Source: Camelus ferus (taxonomy: Eukaryota). Taken from it: 64,000 nt of DNA. The notes under the pieces are model-generated. The model was not told where the DNA came from. It did not search any database and saw only the letters and a program-made list of their open reading frames with translations. A program made the position numbers and the translations under genes. Of the stretch, positions 53,569 through 64,000 are shown one piece after another. The stretch's first letter is position 1. Each line of letters opens with the position of its first letter. The stretch is taken from contig NC_045707.1 in the NCBI RefSeq assembly GCF_009834535.1, positions 48,858,001 through 48,922,000 of the forward strand, in the 5' to 3' direction.

Positions 53569-54319
53569 GTAGTAATGGTAATTGTGTTGACTAAGCATGT
53601 ACATTCTGTGGGCCATTAACACTCAGCACTTCACATCATCTCATCTGACGATCACAACCTCTGTGAAGGTATTAGTACTAATTTTTTAAATGATTACCAA
53701 AGAAACTGGCTTAGGAAGCGTAGGAACTGCCAGGGATCATGAAGCTCTTCGTTTCACATAGTGGGTTTGAAGCAACCCTGTCAAATCCTTGTCTGTGTGC
53801 TTACTGGAAAACAGGCCTCTTTTCATTCAGTCTTAGGAAGCAACAGAGACAGGAAAAGAGAAGATAGTGTTCCATAACTTTGGACTTCATCTTGTGGGAC
53901 CTGAAGGTGATCTAAACCAGAGCCTTTTAGTTCATGAGAAGGAATTCCTGGTGCTAAACATGATTCTATGATTTGCCTGTATTTCTTGTTAGAACTTGTC
54001 CATGTCAACCTTGGGGGTATTCACGTGGACTCACACCAGAATACGTATACACACACACAGAATGGCATGATGTGGGGGTTACAGGAAAAATGAACAGAGT
54101 TCCCAACACAAACGTTTAGTTAGTATCCATTGTCTCTGTACTGTAAGTTCTGGAGATACACACTTGTCTTAAAAGGACTGCTGTTTTCACAGACATGTTC
54201 GTCTAGGACAGGGAGACAAACACAGAAACCACCTTAGGGGCAAGAATGTGTTACAGGTAATGGAAGAAAAGTCTCTACAGAACATACGGGGAGAACACAG
54301 GAGAGGAAAGAGCATTCAA

Positions 54320-54503
54320 AGCCCAGCTTTGAGACTGCTGGATAGACAGTCTTGAGCAAGGCAGCCAATATTTTCTTGCCTTTGTTTCTCATCTAAAAAT
54401 GAGATAATAAATGACAGATCTTACCTCATAGAGTTGTTGTAAGGGTTAAGTGAATGAATTTAGTGCCTGGCCCACAGTGAACATAATAAATGTTATTCTT
54501 ATT
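54320..54503 (+). mobile_element. MIR SINE
   Basis: TTTCTCATCTAAAAATGAGATAATAA...TACCTCATAGAGTTGTTGTAAGGGTTAAGTGA...AGTGCCTGGCCCACAGTGA. Confidence 0.8.
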
Positions 54504-54527
54504 ATTCTATTGTTGATAGAAGAGTGT

Positions 54528-54716
54528 ATTTTTTTAAACTCAACAAAATTTTCAGTGTACAGTCCAGTACTGTTAACTAAGGCACTGTGTTGTAAGCAGA
54601 TCTCTGGAACTTAATTTATTTCACAGAACTGAAACTTTATACCCGTTGAACAACTGTCTATTTCTACCTCTCCCTTCTTTGCTTACCACCAATCTACTCG
54701 CTGCTTCTTGGAGTTT
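54528..54716 (-). mobile_element. L1MA-type 3' end
   Basis: AAATTTTCAGTGTACAGTCCAGTACTGTTAACTA...GCAGATCTCTGGAACTTA...AACTGAAACTTTATACCCGTTGAACAAC. Confidence 0.8.
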
Positions 54717-55859
54717 TTAACTGTTCACCAATAAGCAGTGTAAAAAGTTGTCTTTTGTGAAACACTGCCTATACGCCAGACCACTAAAGTGTTTTATGTA
54801 CTGTAACTCTTCGAAGAGACACCACAACACTAAGTACACACTAGTTATTATTATCTTCACTTCATAAGTAGGAAAACTAAAATTCCAACATACTATAAAA
54901 GTTGCCCAAGATCATGGAGTACCGGTACGAAGTGGTGCTGGAATGAAAACAGAGGCCACTAAATCCTGTCCTTAATGAACACATCGTATTCTTTCCACAC
55001 AGTCAACTTTCTTTGGGTAGTAGGACGCTCTACAGACCGAACCAGGGGGATACACACACAATGAGAAAGTCCTCAAAATAACATCTCTAGAATAGCACTT
55101 AAAGTAATTTCAGATCCTTCAGAAGTGGCATCGTTACCTGTACTTGGGGTCTTTCAGCTGAGCCAGGAACAACAGAAAAGCAGAATGCCCAATCTGTTTA
55201 AAAGCTTTAGCTAAAATTATGGCTCAATAATGTCAGTTTTGAAACCATATTAAAAAAAAAAAAACTGTGACTTTAAAAAAGTTTGAGTCTGAGGATGAGT
55301 AATGAAGTTAAAATTTTAATTGACATTTTAATTTCCAGAGAAGTACTGCCAGAAATTCTAAACATTAAAATTAAAGTTAAATCTTATAAATTCATTAAAG
55401 TCAAATAGTTTGGAAATATTGAGAACATTAAAATTCAAAGTATTAACTTTTACTATGAATACCAATTTCTAAAAATAATATTCCAAAGCCATATAAAGTA
55501 GGCTTGAATTTTGAATGGAAAAACTAGAATTAAATTATAACTAGGGTGAATATATATAATTACCCTAAGCAACTATTGCTAAATTAGCACAACCATGAAT
55601 ATACAGAAAATCAAATGTCTTACTTTATAAAAATTTTATGCTAAGTGGCAGATACTGATGTATAACATTGGAGAAATTAGCAAGGATTAAATACTTTACA
55701 GTTCCCTCTTAAATTTTTTCCCCTAGATTTCCACTCCTGAAGTAGTTTTCATTCCAGAAGTTGCTTTGGTAAATGACTTTTCTATTTAATGATAGCAATA
55801 AGACCTTAGTAGGTGCCTTACTAGATCTTGATCACAGACCAGAAATGGATTCTTCAACA

Positions 55860-55966
55860 AAGGCAACCAAATGTCCCAGTTTGCCTAGAAGTGAGGAGAT
55901 CCAGAGAGGGGACTTTCAGTGCTAAAACCAGGAAAGTCTAAGCTAAAAGGGGATGAATTGATCACT
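55860..55966. mobile_element. MER81-like hAT-Blackjack MITE
   Basis: AGGCAACCAAATGTCCCAGTTTGCCT...GGGACTTTCAGTGCTAAAACCAGGAAAGTC...GGGATGAATTGATCAC, with imperfect terminal inverted repeats. Confidence 0.75.
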
Positions 55967-56079
55967 GAGCAATCCTAAGACAGTTCTTCCATCACGTTCT
56001 TCTGTCTCTCATGGCTATTTCACTTCCTCCATCTATCTCATATCTCAGAACCCTTCTTTCCTCCTCAAGCTGATCAGAG

Positions 56080-57468
56080 AGCTTAGAAATCACAAAGACG
56101 ATGAGATTTTCCAGTCAGCAGCTCTTGTCTTTCTGTCTTCAGATGTATAATCTACCTGCACCTACATCCATGCACCTAAACCCCCTCCTCCTATTACTAC
56201 AGAGGAACAGTCTCTCCTCCCGTATGTGGGATCCTTCCTCCTGTGTTTTGAGTCCCATTTCCTGCTGCCCTCTCGGGATCCTTTTTATAGTCAGCCTCTC
56301 CTCCATTGGATCCTTTGCTTCAAATCTCTCTCACTTTAGTCCATTTTCCTCAACACACACACCACAAACGTATCTTCTTATAGTTATCATCCTCTCTCTC
56401 GCCTCTTTCTTGAAGTCAGATATCTCAACAGCATTGTCTCTATGTGCTGTAACTATTTCCTCAGCTCCAGGTTTCTCCTTCAGTGACTGTATACTGGCTT
56501 CCAACCTCAGCCCTCCACAGCTCTTACTGATGCCTCCCATAATCACCACAGTAACCAAACCAAGAGAGATGTTTCAGCCCTTAACTTACCTGACATCTCA
56601 GCAGCCTTAAACTGTTTTCTATTCCTGTTCCTTCTGGTATCTCTCCACTTGGCCTCCATAATACTGCCCATCCTGTTGTCCTCCTTTCTTCCTGCCCACT
56701 ACTTCTCTGTCTCCCTTGGAAGCTTACTGTCTTCTACATGACCAATACGCAGAGAGTGAAGGAGGGGTAGGTGTGCGCGTGCAGACACGCATGCCAGTGT
56801 ATCATAGAGAAAACTAGATTAATATGCTGCGATAGACTCCAGCCTGACAAATATCTTTTGGATCTGTTGCCTCTTCTATTACCATTAACCTAACCAAGTA
56901 ACCATCATCTTTTATCTAGACCACTCATCTCCACTCTGCCCACTGGTCTCTGTCAGTCTTCCAGCTTACCTTCAAGCAGGGTGATATCTTAACATGGAAA
57001 TCTGATCATGTAATACCCCTGCTTACTCATAGGATAAGGAACAAAACCTAGAAGGCTCAAGCGTGTTATGCCCTACACAGCCCAATACTCTCTGCGCTGT
57101 AGCTGCCTGGACTACCTTCAGTCCCTACAGAGTGAAGGGACTTGGCACATGCTGCTTCCTCTGCCTGCACACTCTCTCTCTCCCCTGCACTGTCAAGTCC
57201 TTCTCTGTTTGCAGATTTCAACTCAGTTATCACCTCATCAAGAGAACTCTGACTCTCGGACTGGATCTAATTCCCCTATTTTATGCTCATAGGCTATTTC
57301 ATGACATTTACCACAATTATCATTTTATCGGTTTGTGTGATTAACATTCATCTTACATGGCAGATCATAAAATAGAACTGTGTCTCTTTGTGCTCACCAC
57401 TGTTTCACCAGCTAGCACAGTGCCATTACATGGAAAAGATTCAATAAATACATACTGAGTGAACTAAC
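56080..57468 (+). mobile_element. L2 remnant
   Basis: Pyrimidine-rich body (TTACCTGACATCTCAGCAGC, AAATCTGATCATGTAATACCCCTGCTTA) ending TAGCACAGTGCC...TTCAATAAATACATACTGAGTGAA. Confidence 0.75.
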
Positions 57469-57902
57469 ATTAATGATTACTACCCTATCTTTTTCTTGTT
57501 GTGTTTCACTGGGGTTTTAAATACTGGACCAAAGACCTGATAAAAATATTATATGTGATGTTTTATGATGATCAAAACCACAATCTTAATATTTAAATTT
57601 GAAAATAGAATTTCTAATAAGTATAAAAGCAACATTCATGCAGTATTTACTCAGTAATGTAAAATAAAATTTTAAAACATTAAAAGAATATACTAATTAT
57701 TGGGGCATCCTTAATTGGTATACTTGATATTTTAATATTTCATTTACTTTAGTATTTCATTTATTTAAAACTATATGAGAAAATATGAAATATGCCAGGA
57801 TAGTCTATATGAGAATCTAATCTTCAACAATCATTCTTAAACATATTATTTGTTAGAAATTGCTTTTGTCACTTACATGTAACTATTTGCTCTATCTTTT
57901 AG

Positions 57903-58061
57903 ACTTTCCAACCTGCCTTCTGTGTACTTGTATAAGTACCACCGTGTACTGTGATGACCATGAACTTGATGCTATTCCTCCGCTGCCCAAGAGCACTGCT
58001 TATTTCTATTCCCGCTTTAACAGAATTAAAAAGATCAACAAAAATGATTTTGCAAGCCTAA
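57903..58061 (+). CDS. EPYC: Epiphycan exon 4 (N-terminal cysteine cluster and start of LRR region)
   Basis: Acceptor TCTTTTAG|AC completes the split Asp codon. FPTCLLCTCISTTVYC matches the Cx2CxCx6C class III SLRP signature. Donor A|GTATGG, 159 nt. Confidence 0.97.
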
Positions 58062-58905
58062 GTATGGAAGACAGCACTAATACCCTTCTGTTTACAGATT
58101 TTCCTAAAATTTTTGCACTGTAAAATGCTGGTACTGTAATTTGAATATCAAAATATGACTTATAAATCTATTGCTCTTATTTATTATATGTTTGAAGGTT
58201 TGTTTAAATTATAAGAAAAAAATGATGAATAATTAAAGGTTGCTATGAAATGTATAGTTGTTGATATTCTCAAATCATTTTCAACCAAATAGAAATAATA
58301 AGTAATTATGTTTCATAGGCCAACTTATTTTATCTTATAACATTAAGCATAGAATGTCATATTCATATATTTACTGGGACCTGGTTTGCTTGAATAGCTT
58401 CCATTAAAGCACAATTGCTTTATGATTGATGAATGCAAGCGTACATTCTGACTTTGTAATTGTTGCCAACTTTGAAGAATTTTGGTACTTGTCTTCATTG
58501 TGTTTCAATCACTTGAAAATCTGTTTTTAATGCACTTGTATTTTAATGCTAATCTATTTTCTACTAGAAAATACAACAATATGCCATCACTGAGAAAAAT
58601 GTTTTAAATACTAAAATCCAAACTATGTTTATGAAGAATATAGGGAAAAGAGCAGTTATTTTAAATACAATGTGCCAACTTCCTTGCTAAATTTACACTT
58701 TCTTATAAGTGCACAAATATGAATAGTATTTTGAGAAAATAATCCAATTTTATAAAGTTGTCAGAAATAATTGTTTCATTAACTGTCCATTGTTAATTAA
58801 ATTCATACTTGTATTTGCTGGTATGTGGGAAAATGTATATTTACATTTTTATGTGAGCAAACATATTCAAGAATATTTAACTACTTCCCTCATTTTTTCT
58901 TCCAG

Positions 58906-59108
58906 ATGATCTAAGAAGGATTGATTTGACATCCAATGTGATATCTGAGATTGATGAAGATGCGTTCAGAAAGCTGCCTCAACTCCGGGAGCTTGTCCTC
59001 CGTGACAACAAAATCAGGCAGCTCCCAGAACTGCCGACCACTTTGACATTTATTGATATTAGCAACAATAGACTTGGAAGGAAAGGAATAAAACAGGAAG
59101 CATTTAAA
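58906..59108 (+). CDS. EPYC: Epiphycan exon 5 (leucine-rich repeats)
   Basis: Acceptor TTTCTTCCAG|AT. NDLRRIDLTSNVISEIDEDAFRKLPQLRELVLRDNKIRQLPELPTTLTFIDISNNRLGRKGIKQEAFK carries LxxLxLxxN motifs. Donor AAA|GTGAGC, 203 nt. Confidence 0.97.
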
Positions 59109-59689
59109 GTGAGCCCTAAGTTTGAATATGACTTTCACCTTCATTCCCTTTGCTATCAATGACTAGCCATTTTATTTCCACAACAAGATTCAATTTGATG
59201 AGACTTTTAATTCTTAAATAAACTTTACAACACTATGTATCATGCTTTGGGAAAATACTGTGTTCTGGTACCTTCTGAGGCTGCTCAAGGACCAAGAACA
59301 GAAAGCAGAGCTGGAATAAGAAGTGGGTGTCCACCTGGGGCACCAGTCTATAAGCTGCACCTGGAAATGGTGTAAGCTCGATCACTCATGTTTACCAAGA
59401 ACTCCACTTAATGGGAGTATTTTATGTGGTTAGAAAGACAACTGCTTGTACAGTATGGGTGGTGCCTTGAGGATAGAAAACTTCTGAATTTGTAAGAAGG
59501 GCAGTAACAGTTAACCTTATGAATTTTGTTATCTAAGAGAAGGAAGCAAGTTTGGGGCTCGAGTGACTTGCTTGGAATAACAGCATAGAGTCTGAGACAG
59601 TAACCAGTTGGGCTTTCTTATTCACTCTTACTCCATTCAAGCTGCTCCTCCAAATATATGTTTAACAGCTAAATTTAGCATACTGTTTG

Positions 59690-60010
59690 AGGGACATCCT
59701 GTTACTCCCATGGAGGTGACAGGGGTGGTGTGGACCTACTAGCACCGGGCAATGGTGGAAAGCTTGTCTCTCCACTAGCCCTCCTGTGACTGCCCCTTGG
59801 AGGGCAAGGAAGTTAGCGCCCCTCATTAGAGCCTGGCAAAAGTCCTAATCTAGTGTCCCCGCTCAGATTTTGTTGGCATGGGTGGTAGTGAGTCAGTTTG
59901 TCCTGTGGTGTTTGGCTAGAGTTGCCTGTTACTGTCTAAATTTATTCTGTCTTGCTAGGCTGCCCCTTCCCTAGGACTTGGGCTAGAGAGAGCAGGGTTT
60001 TGTTGGGGAG
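59690..60010 (-). mobile_element. Old L1M 5'-region fragment
   Basis: TTTGGCTAGAGT...TTCTGTCTTGCTAGGCTGCCCCTTCC...TTGGGCTAGAGAGAGCAGGG motif. Confidence 0.5.
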
Positions 60011-60393
60011 AAATTCTCATTTCTCCATTCCTATAACATGAAGGCAGTTCTTGCTGTGTCTCATCAAAATCTTCAAAATCTTATTTCAGAATGTCTTACG
60101 TGGGAAGTCACTACTTTGCTTAAATTGAGAAAGTTTGAGTGGGCAAAGCAAGGTTCTTCCTGGAGGTTGAGAAACATATTTCATTTGCATCAAGAAATAT
60201 TTGCTTGCTATTAATTCCTTCAAAACGCATTGAATTGTCTAGTAACACAGAAAACCAAATTTGCCTCAACTTCACAAAACAAGACCTGAACAGGCATGTT
60301 TTATTTTACAAATAGTTGCATGGACAGGGAATGAAAATTACAACTGTGGCACCATTAATTTCTATTAAGTCCTTATATTTGGAATATTTACAG

Positions 60394-60489
60394 GATATGT
60401 ATGATCTCCATCATCTCTACCTCACCGATAACAACTTGGACCACATCCCTCTGCCACTCCCAGAAAATCTGCGGGCCCTTCATCTCCAG
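60394..60489 (+). CDS. EPYC: Epiphycan exon 6 (leucine-rich repeats); CDS continues beyond the window
   Basis: Acceptor TTTACAG|GAT, DMYDLHHLYLTDNNLDHIPLPLPENLRALHLQ, donor CAG|GTAGGC, 96 nt. I found no terminal exon before 64000. Confidence 0.96.
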
Positions 60490-62261
60490 GTAGGCTTCTA
60501 CTAGTAAGTTATGCCGAACACCTCTATGGGAAACAAAAGCAAACAGGAGGGAGGCAGGATGCAAAAAACTGTTTATAATGGCATGTTGACATGCTGTGAC
60601 AATTTTTCTTTTATTTCTCCTCTCTCATGCATTCTCTCTCTCAACCTGAGTACAAGGTATTTGTACATTCATGACTCTATTTATACTGATTTATTTCTGA
60701 TAACTTTAGTCTTTATTTTCATTCTTTGCCAAGTCATAATGCATCTTTTTGGCACACAAAGCTTCTTAAAAAAAAAAAAAACAGAGCTTCATCTGCTGAA
60801 GAAACATGTAAAGATTAGAAATGGAAGAGAAAAAGAGGGAAAGAAAAATCTAATATGATTTCTAGCTTTCAGGGGAAAAATATCAGTTTTAACTCTTGAT
60901 TTTATATATTGAATTAAATTCAATCCCAGGGCATTCCTATCTGCTGAGAAATGACAGGCTTCCATCTCTCTGGATTAAGCAAATGCAGATTTTTCTAAAC
61001 CAACATATTTGAAAATTTGTGTTAAATCCCACTAAGCTACATTTTATCCTTGAAGTAATGAGTGAAAACACATTTTCAAAATGTTATGACCTAATATTTT
61101 CTAAATATATTTCATTAAAGTATCTTAAAAATATGATCAATTAAAACAAACATTTTTGGTTGTTGAAACAAAGAAAAATCAATTATTTCTTTTTTCAGAT
61201 GTAAGTTTTGAGCTAGAGCCATAACTGAGTTTCTGTAATAATTTCATCTGTTCTATGGAACAAATCTGTGGAGAATATGTCCATCATGTGCTCAAAGACA
61301 CAACATCATAGTGTAATATTACAATCTTTTAGCAGAAAAAGTACAAACCATCACAAGAAGTGATTCTGCTATGCGAGAGCAAGTCTCTGATTCCTATGAT
61401 TTTCTCTGTGGATTCTGTAAATATCTACCTCTGTGTCTTTTTTTTTTTTCCCATGCTTCTTTTTGGTGTCTTTTTGTGTATATTTGTCCTTGAGGTTGAA
61501 TACCTGTCTCTTTGAGAGTTTTCTGCCTGTGTTAACTTCCTTAATATATATATCCTTTCTAGTCCTCGTCCTATTTCTGGATGGCTCTCTCTTGCTCTCT
61601 TTTTCTGGGGGTGAATTTCTATGTATATGAGGGTTTCTTGCCTTGTTTAGGATTGGAAGGAGGATTTTCAAGGGAATCCTCAAGGAAATTTTGGAATGTG
61701 TTTTCCAATTCTGAGTTACATTTTAGTACTGTGACGATACTGACTCCATAGAGTAACCAGTTCTCTGATACATTTAAACATAATCTGCTCATAATACAAA
61801 GAAGTTTTTTTAAGTAATTGGCTTTATATTCCCTATTCTAAGGTTTAAAAAGTGCACCCTTTAAAATATTTCTCTTTTACAATCACCTCACTTATATCCA
61901 GCAGAAAGCTTTTCTTAATTTACAGTCTTCATTTTATATTTATTTTTAATGGTCATATAAACACATCCTTTTTTGATTCATTTGAAAAATGTTTTCCAAC
62001 ATATGTATAGTAATTAAGAATGACAGCCCTAGCAAACACAGATTCCATCAGCTGAAATTGTATTTGACACTATTTAAAAATTGGACAAATATCTAAACCT
62101 CCCTGCATCTCAGTTTTAGTTTATAAAGTGGATATTACAGTTACTGATACATGATAAGTACTTAAAGGTGAAGTGCAATTATTATTAAAAATATGTACCT
62201 ATTACCTATCAAAGGGAATAGTACAATGCATAGTCACTAAGTCTATTATCCCTCATGGATA

Positions 62262-64000
62262 CTTTGTAATAATAGAGTCAATCCATCTGGAAGATGTAAT
62301 GCTTATAACCTTATATCCACCTAACAACAGAGCCTCAAAATTTATGAAGAATACACTGTCAGAACTGAAGGGAGAAACAGACAATTCAACAATAATAATT
62401 GTATTTCTCCATACTCTCCTTTTAGTAATGGATAGAACAACTAGTCATAAGATCAACTAGGAAACAGAAGACTTGAACAACGCTATACACAAACTACACC
62501 CTAACAGTCATCTACAGAACATTCAACCCAACAACAGCAAAATACGCATCCTTCTCAAGTGTACAAGGAACATCTCCAGGATATACGATATACTGCGCCA
62601 CAAAACAGGCCTCAACAAATTGAAAAGAATTGAATTCATACAAAATATTTTTCTGATTACAATGAAATGAAAATAGAAATCAACAACAAAGAAAATGAGA
62701 AATTCACAAATATGTGGATATTAGACAACACTTTACTTAATAAGCAATGGGTCAGAGTAGAACTCTAATAAATTAGTTCAGCAATGTAACAGGTTAATCA
62801 ACATATAAATATTAATTGTATATGTATAGATTAGAAATTAAAAACCTGCAAATAAAATTCAGAAAACAATCTTATATATAATAGTCACAAAACTTAAAAA
62901 CTTTCTAAGAATAATATTAACAAAAGAAGTATAAAATTTGTATACTGAAAACCACAACATAGTGTGGAAAGACTTCTGTACAGCAAAGGAAATAATCACC
63001 AGAGAGAAGAGATAACCTATGGAATGGGAGAACATTTTTGCAAATCATATACTTGATAAGGGGTTGATATCCAAAATATACAGAACTCAAACGACTCAAT
63101 AGGAAAAAACAAATAAGCTAATTAAAATATTGGCAAAGAAGCTGAAAAGACATTTCTCAAAAAAAGACATACAAATGGCCAACAGGTATGTGAAAAGGAG
63201 CTCAATACAACTAATTATCAGGGAAATACAAGTCAAAACAACACTGAGATGTCACTATACATCTGTTAAAATGCTTATTATCAAAAAGCCCAAAGATAAG
63301 TGTTGGCAAAAATGTGGAGAAAAGGGAACCTTTGTACGCTCTTGGTGGAAATGTAAGGTGGTGCAGTTATGGAAACGGTATGCAGATTTTTCAAAAAAAT
63401 TAAAAACAGAAATACCATGTGATCCAGCAGCTTCACTTTTGGGTATATGTCCAAGGGAAATGAAACAAGTATCTTGAAGTTATCTGCATTCCCATGTTCA
63501 TGGTAGCATTATTCACAACAGTCAAGATATGGAAACAACCTAAGTATCTGTCAATGGATGAATGGATAAAGAAATTGTTGTGTATATATATACCACAGAA
63601 TATTATTAAGACTATACACTAGCAATGAACTAAATCACAATGGGATACCACTTCACACCCCCTTGGATGGCTAAAATAAGACAGACAGAAAATTACAAGT
63701 GTTGCTTAGGATACAGAGAAAATTAGAGCCCTCGTAGATTGTTGGCAGAAGTGTTAAATGGCCCAGCTATTTGGGAAAACAGTTTGATACTTTCTCAGAA
63801 TGTTAAACATGGAGTTACCATATGACCCAGCAGTTCAACTCCTAGGTATATATGCAAGAGAACTGAAAACATTATGTCCACACAAAATTTGTTCACACAT
63901 GTTCACAGAAGCATTATTCATGAGAGCCAAAAAGTGGAAGCAATCTAAATTCCCGTTATCTGATGAATGGATAAACAAAAATGTGGTAGATCCATGGAAT
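62262..64000 (+). mobile_element. Fragmented L1 ORF2/3' UTR (endonuclease, mid-ORF2 and two C-terminal segments); runs off the window
   Basis: Translations YPPNNRASKFMKNTLSELKGETDNSTII, ISRIYDILRHKTGLNKLKRIE and LKRHFSKKDIQMANRYVKR...EIPCDPA are L1 ORF2p-like, broken by frameshifts and stops. Confidence 0.92.

Noticed and set aside
56101..56610. 169-aa Ser/Leu/Pro-rich ORF
   Set aside because: Lies within a pyrimidine-rich L2 remnant, where stop codons are scarce by composition.
63130..63477. 115-aa ORF as a host gene
   Set aside because: It is a frameshifted L1 ORF2 C-terminal remnant.
60490..64000. EPYC terminal exon 7, or a truncated gene
   Set aside because: No NNNILEMHEDTFC-like sequence is visible. 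The simplest explanation is that intron 6 runs past the window edge, not pseudogenisation.
1..64000. CRISPR arrays, operons, tRNA/rRNA genes or a novel multi-gene system
   Set aside because: The sequence is intron-containing mammalian DNA. I saw no repeat-spacer array, structured RNA gene or unexplained long ORF.

Overview
Mammalian genomic DNA: AT-rich, CpG-poor and repeat-rich. It is probably camelid, judged from a SINE tail and L1 3' ends that I recognise from memory. One gene is supported, epiphycan (EPYC, class III small leucine-rich proteoglycan) on the + strand. It has a TATA box at 29988, non-coding exon 1 (~30019-30096) and coding exons 2-6 (32434-32598, 53030-53198, 57903-58061, 58906-59108, 60394-60489). 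These splice at GT/AG sites into an uninterrupted 264-codon frame. The last coding exon is not in the window. The first 30 kb is intergenic. The remainder is MaLR/ERVL LTRs, L1, L2, MIR, MER DNA elements and microsatellites. I found no new multi-gene system. The best second-look items are the apparent loss of the Ser-Gly glycosaminoglycan site in EPYC, an unexplained ~220-bp inverted repeat pair in intron 2, a 29-bp SINE micro-insertion with a perfect 13-bp target-site duplication (TSD), and a perfect 26-bp palindrome. Repeat family names and orthologue comparisons are from recall, not from searches, and repeat boundaries are approximate.
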